This document shows positions 7,634 through 18,400 of a stretch of 32,000 nt of DNA, piece by piece. Numbering within the stretch: the stretch's first letter is position 1; every line of letters begins with the position of its first letter. This DNA comes from Sphingobacterium daejeonense (GTDB lineage: Bacteria; Bacteroidota; Bacteroidia; Sphingobacteriales; Sphingobacteriaceae). A program made the translations under genes and the position numbers. Under the pieces are notes generated by a model, which was not told the DNA's origin, did no database searches, and worked only from the letters and a program-made list of their open reading frames with translations. The DNA lies in NCBI RefSeq assembly GCF_042678525.1, contig NZ_JBHTKY010000007.1; one strand, written 5' to 3'.

Positions 7634-8659
7634 CTATTGGATATCTTCAATAAATTGATTTATCCATGACTCTTTTGTTGCCCAAGAGGAAACTAATCTT
7701 ATAACCACATTTTGTTCATCTAGTTTTTGCCATATATAGAATTCATATTTTTCCGTTAATTTTTCTGCTAAACTTAGAGGAATTATTGGAAATATTTGGT
7801 TACTGACAGGTTCAGTCGCAAAAGAATAACCATTCTTCTTGAATGCGCTTGCTAATTTGGCAGCCATAACATTAGCATGCGTTCCTAGCTCATAAAAAAG
7901 ATTATCCTTGAACAATGCTAGGAATTGAGCCCCTAATACGCGGCCTTTAGCCATCAATGCTCCCTTTTGTTTCAAGTAATAATCGAACCCCTGAGAAAGC
8001 TTATGGTTATGGAAAACAATGGCTTCGCCTAATAGTGCTCCGTTTTTAGTACCACCAATGTAGAATACATCTGCGAGGTTTGCAATATCTTTGAGGGTTA
8101 AATCAATTGCAGAAGAGGTTAGAGCAGTTCCCAACCTTGCACCATCGATAAAAAGTAGCAAATTATTTGATTTGCAGCAATTTGATATTTCCATGAGTTC
8201 TGCTTTGCTGTAGATGCTGCCCAATTCTGTACATTGTGAAATGTAAACCATAGCTGGTTTTACCATATGATTGTCGGTATGTGCATTCACAATGGCTTGG
8301 ATCCCTTCAATATTTATTTTGCCTTCGCGATTTGGAATCAGGTTTATTTTATGTCCTGAATTTTCAATCGCTCCTGTTTCATGGACTTCAATATGTCCAG
8401 TGTCTGCTGCAATAACAGATTCATATGGTTTCAAAAGGTGACTGATAACAAGGAGGTTTGCTTGAGTTCCTCCTGAAACAAAGAATATTTGAGAATCTGG
8501 GTTGCCGGTTTCTTTGATGATATATTCCTTTGCTTGTTTGCAGATGCTATCTGCTCCATATCCTGGCTCTTGAACTAGATTTGTTTGGATTAGGGTTTCG
8601 AGGATTTTAGGGTGTGCGCCTTCGCTATAGTCGTTTTTAAAGCTGATTTTAGATTCCAT
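7634..8659 (-). CDS. ltaE: Low-specificity L-threonine aldolase (PLP-dependent, beta-eliminating lyase/threonine aldolase family)
   Basis: FKNDYSEGAHP..., GGTQANLLVI, FIDGARL and the PLP-lysine context YIGGTKNGALLGEAIVF are typical threonine aldolase motifs. Start moved to the ATG at 8657-8659 (MESKISF...) rather than the upstream ATG at 8683. Confidence 0.8.
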   Translation of the reverse strand: MESKISFKNDYSEGAHPKILETLIQTNLVQEPGYGADSICKQAKEYIIKETGNPDSQIFFVSGGTQANLLVISHLLKPYESVIAADTGHIEVHETGAIENSGHKINLIPNREGKINIEGIQAIVNAHTDNHMVKPAMVYISQCTELGSIYSKAELMEISNCCKSNNLLLFIDGARLGTALTSSAIDLTLKDIANLADVFYIGGTKNGALLGEAIVFHNHKLSQGFDYYLKQKGALMAKGRVLGAQFLALFKDNLFYELGTHANVMAAKLASAFKKNGYSFATEPVSNQIFPIIPLSLAEKLTEKYEFYIWQKLDEQNVVIRLVSSWATKESWINQFIEDIQ

Positions 8660-8759
8660 GCGTAAATATAATTGTTTTCGCACATCAACCCTATTAAAAC
8701 AAAAAAGAGGACAATTTAATCATAAACTGCCCTCTGGTTGTTGTATAAATATAGTTCAA

Positions 8760-9455
8760 TTATTTTCCAAACATACCGGCTAAGCTATCTAAGATGCTGC
8801 CTTTAGTATTTTTGTCGTTCTTTTGGTCGAAGAATTGTCCAACTAGATCACCAAGACCACCAGAGATATTCGGTTGTGAAGAATTTGCAGGAGCTTGGTC
8901 ATTTGGTTGAGATCCACCTCCCAATACACTGCCAATTAGGTCTCCAATTCCACCACCCGAAGAGCCTGCATTCGAGGATCCACCACCTAAGATATTTCCT
9001 AGTAAGTCGCCTAAACCGCCTCCAGATCCTGACTCTCCTTGAGATTGTTTTTGCTTGTTTAAATAAGCCATTACCAATGGAGCCAATAGCGCAAGGATTC
9101 CGCCAATTTTACCTACACTGATTCCTGATTTTTCAGATAGAGATTCCTTTACATTGTCCGTGTTTTTACCAAAGATATTGTTCACCATTTGATCCTCATC
9201 TTCTGTTGGACCTTGGTTAAACAGTCCAGCTAGGTTTTCCAAGATTCCACCAGAACCTTTGGTGTCAATAGCTTGTTGAATGCCTTGAGCCCTTTCAGGA
9301 CTTTTTTGTGCATTATAATTTAATGCAGACATCATTAATGGAATTGCGGCAGAAACTACCCACTGAGTTTGGTTTTTATCAATCCCCAATTTTTCTGATA
9401 TACCTTCAGTAGCTTGCGATCCGATGCTGCCTGAAATTAAGTCACTAATGTTCAT
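8760..9455 (-). CDS. DUF937-like glycine-rich protein
   Basis: The N-terminal MNISDLISGSIGSQATEGISEKLGIDKNQTQWVVSAAIPLMMSAL plus repeated GGLGDL.G..LGGG blocks match my recollection of the DUF937 family architecture. Confidence 0.55.
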   Translation of the reverse strand: MNISDLISGSIGSQATEGISEKLGIDKNQTQWVVSAAIPLMMSALNYNAQKSPERAQGIQQAIDTKGSGGILENLAGLFNQGPTEDEDQMVNNIFGKNTDNVKESLSEKSGISVGKIGGILALLAPLVMAYLNKQKQSQGESGSGGGLGDLLGNILGGGSSNAGSSGGGIGDLIGSVLGGGSQPNDQAPANSSQPNISGGLGDLVGQFFDQKNDKNTKGSILDSLAGMFGK

Positions 9456-9521
9456 TTTGTAGAATGTTTTAGTTTATAAATGTTATTTTTAGAACTCAAA
9501 TATATTGCCAAAATTTTCTGT

Positions 9522-10625
9522 ATGAATAAATTATGTTTAAACATTTTTATAGTTGTAGCGTTGTTGCTCGCAGGATGTAAAAGTGGAGATAAAACCAATG
9601 AAAAGATTAGTGTTGAGGAAATTAAGTTGGACGAAAATTTATCTAAGATTATTTTCTCGATGCCGACTCATTGTATCGAAGTGGAGTATCCAAATAAACT
9701 GGGCCAAGTATTAGGTTCGGATGCTGACCTGAAAAGTCCAAAGAGTTTAAGGCCAGTTTTTTATGGTTGTTTTGACTGGCATTCCTCCGTACATGGTTAC
9801 TGGTCGATCGTAAAATTGATGAAGCAGTTTCCAAGTCTAGACAATGACGGAAAGGTAAGAGCGGCATTGAATCAGCATATTACGCCAGAGAATGTTGCTG
9901 TGGAATTAGCCTTTTTCAATGATAAAAATAATTTGAGCTTTGAAAGGACCTATGGTTGGGCTTGGTTGTTTAAATTACAGGAAGAATTGTCTACTTGGGA
10001 GGATGCGGATGCCAAAAGATGGAAAGCCTCACTTCAACCATTGGTAGACCTGTTGGTTACTCGCTATAAAGAATATCTTCCAAAGTTGGTCTACCCGATC
10101 CGTGCAGGACAGCATGATAATTCAGCTTTCAGTCTTTCTTTATCCTTGGATTATGCCAATACAGTAGGCGATGATTCTTTTAAACAAGCATTAAAGGAAA
10201 ATTCTATTCGATTGTTCAAGGACGACAAGAATTGTAATCTAGCTTATGAACCCAGCGGTTACGACTTTTTATCACCTTGTTTGGAAGAAGCATATTTGAT
10301 GAGCAAAGTCTTGGATAAATCGGAATACATTACATGGTTGAAAGCTTTTATGCCTGATTTATTCAATGATGAATTTAAATTAGAACCTGCAATCGTGAAA
10401 GATAGGAGTGATGGTAAGTTGGTCCACTTGGATGGGTTAAATTATAGTAGAGCGGCTTGTCTTTTTGGGATTTCGAAAATGGACCCTGCATTGGAGCACT
10501 TGAAAAAAGATGCTGTTGATCATTTCAATTTCTCGATCGGCAATTTAAGTGCAAAAGATGATTATATGGGAAGTCATTGGCTTGGGACTTTCGCTTTGTA
10601 TGCTTTAGGTAGATATGAGATGTGA
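9522..10625 (+). CDS. DUF2891-like protein, predicted lipoprotein
   Basis: Lipobox LLLAGC after MNKLCLNIFIVVA. The motif FYGCFDWHSSVHGYWS is one I associate with DUF2891. Start moved to the ATG at 9522, because the track start at 9480 precedes the signal peptide. Confidence 0.55.
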   Translation: MNKLCLNIFIVVALLLAGCKSGDKTNEKISVEEIKLDENLSKIIFSMPTHCIEVEYPNKLGQVLGSDADLKSPKSLRPVFYGCFDWHSSVHGYWSIVKLMKQFPSLDNDGKVRAALNQHITPENVAVELAFFNDKNNLSFERTYGWAWLFKLQEELSTWEDADAKRWKASLQPLVDLLVTRYKEYLPKLVYPIRAGQHDNSAFSLSLSLDYANTVGDDSFKQALKENSIRLFKDDKNCNLAYEPSGYDFLSPCLEEAYLMSKVLDKSEYITWLKAFMPDLFNDEFKLEPAIVKDRSDGKLVHLDGLNYSRAACLFGISKMDPALEHLKKDAVDHFNFSIGNLSAKDDYMGSHWLGTFALYALGRYEM

Positions 10626-10877
10626 GACAATAGACATAAGACAACAACATTAGACAGGCAAAGGCAAAAGACATAAGACATAAGACAAAAAATATAATAC
10701 AATATGCTTAAGACTATTGAGCCTTAGACTGCTAAGACGAAGACAATAGACAATAGGCTAAAGACATTTACGGCGTGATGCCATTTCTTATGTCTATTGT
10801 CTTATGTCTACTGTCTACATCAAACAATAGACATTTACGGCGTCATACCATTTCTTATGTCTAATGTCTATTTCTAC
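10626..10877. repeat. Composite intergenic repeat region: AGACAnn heptamers (10626-10687), mixed TAAGAC/AGACAATAG units, two 35-nt repeats (10762-10796, 10829-10863) and TGTCT-type heptamers (10787-10821, 10854-10877)
   Basis: Read directly. Fills the whole gap between two convergent stop codons (TGA 10623-10625 on plus, CTA 10878-10880 on minus). The 35-nt units AGACATTTACGGCGT[G/C]AT[G/A]CCATTTCTTATGTCTA differ at 2 positions. The left and right halves are mutually reverse-complementary heptamers. Confidence 0.85.
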
Positions 10878-11135
10878 CTATTCCGGTATGAGTCTATTTT
10901 CTGATAATTTGACTGGTACTCTTTGTATTTGAGTAAATCCGTCTTCGGTGCTGATTATTGCGGAGAGATCAATTCCTCGTTTAGATAAGGTGCTCAACAA
11001 AGCAGTTCTGAAAGCTGTTTTATTTTTTCCCCAGTTTGATCTAACTAAGTCATTGTTTAGAATTACCAATTCATTAGTGCTGTAGTGGTGGAATTGTTCC
11101 ACTAGATGTTGTTGTAAGGGTTTTGTGTTGGACAT
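10878..11135 (-). CDS. Small hypothetical protein
   Basis: 85-aa ORF from the ATG at 11133-11135 (MSNTKPLQQHLVEQF...). No recognisable motif. Coding status is supported only by length and its position downstream of rpoN on the same strand. Confidence 0.4.
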   Translation of the reverse strand: MSNTKPLQQHLVEQFHHYSTNELVILNNDLVRSNWGKNKTAFRTALLSTLSKRGIDLSAIISTEDGFTQIQRVPVKLSENRLIPE

Positions 11136-11337
11136 ACAATTAATGTTTAAAGGGTTTAACCATAATTGCATTCAGAGAAGTCTATTTTAAGACCTTGCAA
11201 TATTCTTTTATTTTGGCTTGTCGCCCGTATCGATTTACCACCGCGGTGTCTTTCACTCGGTTGGTATTGCTCGTGCAATTCTGAATACTCTACAAACTTA
11301 GTAGATTATATTTTAATATGCAAGTGAAAATAAAATT

Positions 11338-12801
11338 TTATAATTCTTTTCTTAAACGTGCTACCGGTATGTTCATTGCTTCACGGTATTTTGCAACAGT
11401 ACGCCTCGCGATCGAATAACCTTTTTCCTTCAGGATTTCGGTTAACTTCTCATCTGCCAAAGGTTTTCTCTTGTCTTCGTTAGCAATACACTCTTCTAAG
11501 ATCTTTTTCACTTCTTTGTTAGAAACTTCCTCGCCAGATTCTGTTTGAATAGCTTCTGAGAAGAATGATTTTAATAAGAAAGTTCCGAATTCTGTTTGCA
11601 CGTATTTGGAGTTGGCAACGCGGGATACAGTTGAAATATCCATTTCGATCTTGTCGGCTATATCCTTTAAAATCATTGGTTTAAGCATTCTGTCGTCGCC
11701 AGTTAGGAAGTAGTCATATTGATATTCCATGATAGCATTCATGGTTTTCAAAAGAGTCTGTTGTCTTTGTTTGATGGCATCGATAAACCATTTTGCGGAA
11801 TCAAGTTTCTGTTTAACAAACTGAACAGCCTCACGCATTTTTTTATCGTTTTTTTCAGTTTTTTCGTAATGCTCAAACATTTCTTGATAAGACCTTGAAA
11901 CTCTTAGTTCAGGGGCGTTTCTGCCATTTAATGTCAAGTGCAGGACACCATCATTATTGGAGATATGGAAGTCAGGGATAATCTGCAATTGTTTTCCTGC
12001 AGCTGCACCTGAATCACCTGGCTTAGGATTCAACTTAAGAATTTCATTGACGATTTCTTTCAGCTCCTCAGAGTTTACGCCTAATTGCTTTTCGATTTTA
12101 TCGTAATGTTTCTTCGTAAATTCATCGAGGTAATTTTCCACGACCATCATCGCTTGTTGGATAATCGGGTTGGTGAGATCTTTCTTTCTTAACTGGATTG
12201 CCAAGCATTCCTGAAGATTCCTTGCTCCAATGCCGGCAGGGTCAAATGATTGAACAATCTTGAGTATGTCTTCGACATCTTCTTCTTCAACAATTACATT
12301 TTGTGAAAACGCAAGGTCGTCAATCAAAGATAGGATAGGTCTCCTTAGGTAACCATCGTCATCAAGAGATCCGATTATTTGTTGACCAACTATATAATCT
12401 TTATCAGATAGTGCTAGTAGATCAAGTTGGTTTTGTAGATTTTCGTAAAAAGAATCTTGTACAGCGATCGGGATTTCCTTTTTTCCGTCTTCATCATCAT
12501 GGTCATATCCACCGCCATAGTCTTTGTAGTCATCCTCTTGGATATATTCATCAACACTGAATTCATCTTCATAGCTGTTTTCTTCCATGTTGAAGTCATC
12601 ATCCGGATCTTTATCGGGATATTCTTCCACGGGGTCGTTCATGTTAGTCAAACTACCGTCCTCCAGCGCAGGGTTTTCTTCCAATTCTTCTTTGATGCGG
12701 GCGTCCAATGAAACTGTTGGCACCTGTAGCAATTTGATGAATTGAATTTGTTGCGGTGAAAGTTTTTGTAATAGTTTTTGCTGTAAAGTTTGTTTTAACA
12801 T
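11338..12801 (-). CDS. rpoN: RNA polymerase sigma-54 factor
   Basis: Region I is Gln/Leu-rich (MLKQTLQQKLLQKLSPQQIQFIKLLQ), followed by an acidic region II. The C-terminal HTH and RpoN box are present (ARRTVAKYREAMNIP). Confidence 0.95.
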   Translation of the reverse strand: MLKQTLQQKLLQKLSPQQIQFIKLLQVPTVSLDARIKEELEENPALEDGSLTNMNDPVEEYPDKDPDDDFNMEENSYEDEFSVDEYIQEDDYKDYGGGYDHDDEDGKKEIPIAVQDSFYENLQNQLDLLALSDKDYIVGQQIIGSLDDDGYLRRPILSLIDDLAFSQNVIVEEEDVEDILKIVQSFDPAGIGARNLQECLAIQLRKKDLTNPIIQQAMMVVENYLDEFTKKHYDKIEKQLGVNSEELKEIVNEILKLNPKPGDSGAAAGKQLQIIPDFHISNNDGVLHLTLNGRNAPELRVSRSYQEMFEHYEKTEKNDKKMREAVQFVKQKLDSAKWFIDAIKQRQQTLLKTMNAIMEYQYDYFLTGDDRMLKPMILKDIADKIEMDISTVSRVANSKYVQTEFGTFLLKSFFSEAIQTESGEEVSNKEVKKILEECIANEDKRKPLADEKLTEILKEKGYSIARRTVAKYREAMNIPVARLRKEL

Positions 12802-13027
12802 GTCCCCAATAATAAATCACGTAAAAATAGGTAAATATATTTAATAAGGTAAAGTTTATGGTAACAAAAACTGTTTTAGGTACAGTTTTTGCTATTATAA
12901 TAGTCGGATAAACAGCCTAGTTAAAAACCAAAAAACTCATTTGTTAAAATTCGTTAATTTTCTCGTAAAGCTTCCTTTTTAGGCGAATTGATGTAATTTT
13001 TTCCAAAGTTTTGTTCATATTTACCGT

Positions 13028-15367
13028 ATGTTTAAACGTGTTCGGAACAAATTTTTGCGCATCGCACTGATTGTTATTTACTTTGTTATTTTATTTACGT
13101 GCGCAGTTCAAATTAACTTTCTAGGCTTGTTCGGTTCTTCACCGACAAAAAAAGAAATTTTGTTACCCGAACTAAATGTTTCTTCTGAACTATATACTGC
13201 AGATTCTGTATTGATCGCTAGATATTACAAACAGGATCGGGACCCAGTTCCATTTGACAGTATTTCTCCCAATATTATTAATGCTTTGATTGCAACCGAG
13301 GATGTGCGTTTTATGAAGCATCACGGAGTTGATTTCTTGGGTTTGTTTGGTGGTATTTTTTCAACCTTAAGTGGAAGTGACCGTGGCGCCAGTACTATAA
13401 CTCAGCAACTTGCAAAAAATCTATACAGAACAAGATATCAAGATTCACAAGGTTTATTAGGTAAAATCCCTGGGATAGGTTTGATTGTCACAAAATATAA
13501 AGAGTGGATGACTGCTTTTAAATTGGAAAGCAAATATAGCAAGGAAGAAATATTGACGATGTACCTTAATACAGTTTCCTTTAGTAACAATGCTTACGGC
13601 ATCAAATCGGCATCCGTTCGTTATTTTGACAAATATCCGAGTGATATAACTGTCAATGAAGCCGCTGTTTTAGTGGGTATGCTCAAAGGTACTACTTTAT
13701 ACAATCCAATCAGAAACCCTAAAAATGCCCTGCAGCGAAGAAATGTTGTTTTGGGCCAAATGGCAAAAGAAGGTTATTTGAAACAAGACGAAGTAACAAA
13801 GTTGAGCAAGGATTCCCTAGGTCTTGATTTGAATAATCAAGAAGTGCGAAACTCCAATGATTCTTATTTAAGGAATGCTGTAGAAAAATGGTTGGAGGAC
13901 TGGGCAAAAGAAAATGAGGTTGATATTTATACCAGCGGATTGAAAATATATACTACGATTGATTCAAGAATGCAAAAAATTGCTGAGGACGTGGTAGCCG
14001 TTAAAATGAAGGAGCTTCAGCAAAGACTAGATAATGTTTGGGGTAATGATTTGCCTTGGAGAGACAAAGAAGGGAATGTAGTGCCAAACTTTTTGGAAGA
14101 TCACGCCAAGAAATTACCGAACTATGCCTCTTTAATGGAAAAATATAAAGATGAGGCCAAGGTTTTTGAGGAGCTGAATAAGAAGAAGGACATGGAAGTC
14201 TTTACGTGGGATGGAATGGAAAAGGTAAATTATTCTACCATGGATTCCTTGAAACATTACTTGACCATGTTGAATACAGGCATGATGGCCATGGACCCTT
14301 ACAATGGAGAAATCAAAGTTTGGATTGGCGGAATCCACCACAACTATTACAAATTTGATCACGTGAATCAAGCGAAGCGCCAAGCAGGTTCAACATTTAA
14401 ACCATTTGCCTATGCTGCTGCATTGGAATCAGGTATGACCCCATGTGATAAATTTGAGGATAAACCTGTTAAGATTGAATTCATCAACAACAAGGGTGAG
14501 CACGAAATATGGGAGCCTAAAAATGCGGATTGGTCATTTTCTCACAGTGAGCTGTCGCTAAGACATGCCATGGCTCGTTCATTGAATACTGTTACCGCTC
14601 AAATAACTGAGAAGGTTGGTTGGGATAAAGTTGTAGAAATGGCTCATTTATGTGGTATTGACAGTAAGTTGGAATCAGTTCCTTCAGTAGGATTGGGTTC
14701 AAATGATGTTTCGGTCTTTGAGATGGTACGTGGGTACAGTACATTTATGAATGAAGGTAAGCGAACTGAACCGGTTTTGGTTTCTAGGATTGAGGATAAA
14801 GACGGCAAAGTAATTGCTGAATTCAAGACCTCGACTAAGCAAGCTATTACAGCAGAGAATGCCTGGTTGATGGGATATATGTTGAGGGGTACAATTGAAG
14901 AATCAGGTGGAACTTCACAAGCGTTGTGGGAATGGGATCTGTTTAAGGAAGAAAACCAAATTGGTGGTAAAACTGGTACATCTTCAGATTATGTTGATGG
15001 TTGGTATATGGGTGTTACCAAAGATTTAGTTGCTGGAGTTTGGGTTGGTTGTGATGAACAGAGTATTCATTTTAAAAGTTCTGCTACCGGAGAGGGTTCG
15101 AAAACTGCATTACCTATTTATGCGTTATTTATGGAAGAACTCTATAAGCATCCTGAGCTTGGTGTTACATTGGGTAAATTTCCGGAGGCCAAGGTGGAGG
15201 TAACTAAGAAATATAACTGTCCAGGGCCAAGAATCCGTGTTCGTCAGGATAGTAGTACCGATGAAGGTTTAAATCCAGATGCTGAGATGCCTAATATTGT
15301 TTTACCAGATTTATTAAACCGAGAAGAATCTAATCAACAACAAGAGGAACAAGAGGAAACGAATTAA
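13028..15367 (+). CDS. mrcA: Class A penicillin-binding protein (PBP1A-type bifunctional glycosyltransferase/transpeptidase)
   Basis: GT51 motifs EDVRFMKHHGVD and RGASTITQQLAKN. Transpeptidase motifs STFKP (SxxK), SLN (SxN) and KTGT. N-terminal membrane anchor. Confidence 0.9.
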   Translation: MFKRVRNKFLRIALIVIYFVILFTCAVQINFLGLFGSSPTKKEILLPELNVSSELYTADSVLIARYYKQDRDPVPFDSISPNIINALIATEDVRFMKHHGVDFLGLFGGIFSTLSGSDRGASTITQQLAKNLYRTRYQDSQGLLGKIPGIGLIVTKYKEWMTAFKLESKYSKEEILTMYLNTVSFSNNAYGIKSASVRYFDKYPSDITVNEAAVLVGMLKGTTLYNPIRNPKNALQRRNVVLGQMAKEGYLKQDEVTKLSKDSLGLDLNNQEVRNSNDSYLRNAVEKWLEDWAKENEVDIYTSGLKIYTTIDSRMQKIAEDVVAVKMKELQQRLDNVWGNDLPWRDKEGNVVPNFLEDHAKKLPNYASLMEKYKDEAKVFEELNKKKDMEVFTWDGMEKVNYSTMDSLKHYLTMLNTGMMAMDPYNGEIKVWIGGIHHNYYKFDHVNQAKRQAGSTFKPFAYAAALESGMTPCDKFEDKPVKIEFINNKGEHEIWEPKNADWSFSHSELSLRHAMARSLNTVTAQITEKVGWDKVVEMAHLCGIDSKLESVPSVGLGSNDVSVFEMVRGYSTFMNEGKRTEPVLVSRIEDKDGKVIAEFKTSTKQAITAENAWLMGYMLRGTIEESGGTSQALWEWDLFKEENQIGGKTGTSSDYVDGWYMGVTKDLVAGVWVGCDEQSIHFKSSATGEGSKTALPIYALFMEELYKHPELGVTLGKFPEAKVEVTKKYNCPGPRIRVRQDSSTDEGLNPDAEMPNIVLPDLLNREESNQQQEEQEETN

Positions 15368-15416
15368 CCCTTTTAATTGAATTGATTTTACTATTTTTAT
15401 TGACTAATAATTAGTT

Positions 15417-18400
15417 ATGAGATTTAACCGTCAACTCTTTGCAAGAATATTTAGTTTAAGCCTTGTATTTACCATTTTTTGGACCTTGTTTCCGAATCAA
15501 TCGGAGGCGCAGTATTTTGGTCAGAATAAAATGAGGTACAAGAAATTGGACTTTAAGGTGTATGATACGCCGCATTTTAACATCTATTATTATTTGCAAA
15601 ACGATTCAATGATGAATTGGTTTGCTAAGGAAACAGAGGTGTGGTATGAATTGCACCAGCAAGTTTTCCAGGATACCTTTTTGAGGAAGAACCCCATTAT
15701 TTTATACAATAACCATCCTGAATTCCAACAGACTACGGCTATTTCGGGTGAGATAAGTGTTGGGACAGGTGGTGTTACCGAGGCATTCAAACAAAGGGTG
15801 GTGATGCCGATTATGCAGATCAACCAACAAACAAGGCACGTACTTGGCCACGAATTGGTGCATGCATTCCAATATAGGGTATTAATCGAGGGAGGTGATT
15901 CTACTCGGCTAGAGAATATTGCAAACCTGCCATTATGGATGGTTGAGGGGATGGCAGAATACTTTTCAATTGGTAAAAAAGATGCATTCACATCGATGTG
16001 GATGCGTGATTCATATGCTCGGAATGATCTGCCAAGCTTAAGGCAGATGACAGAGCAATCCAACAAATATTTCCCATATCGCTATGGTCAAGCATTTTGG
16101 TCGTATGTAGGATCTACTTATGGCGATACAGTGATTATGCCTTTGTTTATTGAAACGGCAAAATATGGATATGAGGCGGCAATCCGAAGAGTGTTTGGAT
16201 ATGATGCGCAAACGATGGGAACTCTATGGAAAAATAGCATGGAGAACTCCTACAGAAATCTCGGAAAAGATACGACTTCCAATCCTATCGGTAAATTATT
16301 GTTATCGACAAAGAATGCGGGTAGAATGAATGTTTCGCCGGCAATTTCTCCAGACGGTAAATATGTGGTGTTCCTATCGGAAATGGATTTGTTCAGTATA
16401 GATCTGTTTTTGGCAGATGCTGAAACGGGAAAGGTTGTTCGAAAATTGGGCAGTCGACTCACCAACAAAGATATTGATGAATTTAGTTTTATAGAGTCTG
16501 CCGGAACATTTTCTCCAGACAGCAAGAAGTTTGCATTTTCGGTCTTCAGTGAGGGTAAGAATAAATTGATGATTGTTGACATTGAAACAGGTCGAACCTT
16601 GTCAGTGGAGGCAATGGGTGATATTACTGAATTTACAAATATTACCTGGGCTCCAAATGGTAGTTTGGTAGCCTTCTCAGGTCTTAAAAATGGACGAAGT
16701 GATATCTATACCTATGATTTAGAATCGAAGAGCCTTAGTCAATTGACAGATGATAAATATTCGGACTTTCAGCCAAGTTTCTCGAGAGATGGTAAGTTTA
16801 TTGTTTTCAGTACAGACAGAATGTCTTTGGAGTCATCGAGCAGAAGTGTGGATATTCCAATGGGCTTAGCTGTAGTTGATATTGCGACAAAACAAATCCG
16901 CGAAATTCCTGTCTTTCCAGGGGCTAACAATTTGAATCCTCATTTTTCATCTTCTGGCAAGGAAATCTACTTCTTGTCAAATAGCGACGGATTCAGAAAC
17001 ATGTATAAGATTGTAATCGAAACGGCGCAAGTTGAGAGAATGACTGATTTCTTTACGGGTATCAGTGGTATTACAGAATATTCTCCAGCAATGAGTGTTT
17101 CGGCTAATGATGATATTATCTATTCCTATTTTAAGAATAATGCATTTACCATCTATAAAGCGAAAAGTTCGGAGTTTGAGTCTGTTCCTGTAGATGCAAG
17201 TACCATTGACCTTCAAGCGGCGATGTTGCCTCCGGCACAAAGTAGAGGGGTGGATGTGGTCAATACAAATTTGAATAATTTCAATGCATACGGAAGAATA
17301 TCTAATTCTCAGATTTCAGAAATCCCATATAAGCCAAAGTTCAAATTAGATTATTTGGCGAATAGTGGTGTGGGTATGTCTGTAGGATCACGTTATGGGG
17401 CTGGTATTGCTTCTGGGGTTCAAGGAATGTTTTCTGATATCCTTGGGTACAACCAGATATTTGCAGCATTGAACATCAACGGAGAGATTTATGATTTTGG
17501 AGGTCAAGTAGCTTATATCAACCAGAGGAGCCGATGGAATTGGGGTGGTTCGATTTCCCATATACCTTATCGTTTCGGGTTTTTTAACTATGACCAACGT
17601 GATTTAGGCAACGGAGTAGAACCTGTGTTAGACCAATATTTGGTTCGCTCATTTCAAACTCAGGTCGATGGATTTGTTGCATATCCTTTTAATAGGCACC
17701 ATAGGTTTGAGACAGGTGCCGCGGCATCGTATAACTCTTATCGTGTAGATAGGTTTACCCAAAGTTATTACAACTATTATGGAACACGTGAACGCGTAAA
17801 CAATGATGAGGCAGCACAAGCATTAGGGGTTTCCAACCTGGATCCATTTAACTTGATGCAAGTGAATGCTGGATTTGTGGGTGACAATGCTGTTTTCGGT
17901 ATTGCTGCGCCGCTTCAAGGATTCAGATACAGGCTAGGAGCAGAGCAATATTTTGGAACATTTAATTTTACAGCTCTAAATATCGACTTAAGGAAATATC
18001 AAAGGATAAAACCGGTTACTGTTGCTGCTCGGGTTTACTCGTATATGCGTATGGGGGATGATGCGGACAGATTGTACAATATGTATATCGGATATCCATA
18101 TATGATTCGTGGTTTTGAGGCGAACTCATTCGGCCCTAATAGTATGATTGGTTTCAATGACCTGTCAGGTTCTAAAATGGTGGTTGGGAATTTGGAATTA
18201 AGGTTGCCTTTTACAGGGCCCGAGAAATTGGCTGTCATTCCTTCAGGTTTATTGTTCTCTGATCTGAACTTGTTTATTGATGGAGGTTTGGCTTGGAGAA
18301 ATGGAAGTACGATTAGGTGGAAAAAAACAGATGCTGACAAAGTATCTGAAGTAATCGATGGAGTAACTTATACAGGATATAACCCGAATGTGACGATGCC

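Noticed and set aside
10626-10877. Possible CRISPR array, given short repeats and a 67-bp period
   Set aside because: Only two copies of the 35-nt unit are present. The sequence between them is itself made of the same heptamers and not of unique spacers. No cas genes are in the window.
11262-11277. Sigma-54 promoter-like TGG-N9-TGC (TTGGTATTGCTCGTGCA) just downstream of rpoN
   Set aside because: The spacing fits the -24/-12 elements, but the flanking bases are poor (TGGTAT rather than TGGCAC). It points rightward into the 3' end of the convergent rpoN, with no plus-strand gene to drive.
12864-12890. Hairpin AAAAACTGT-TTTAGGT-ACAGTTTTT between divergent rpoN and the PBP gene, as a possible terminator or sRNA
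   Set aside because: It lies between two divergently transcribed genes, so it terminates nothing obvious. The stem is AU-rich and weak. Noted only as a possible 5'-UTR structure.
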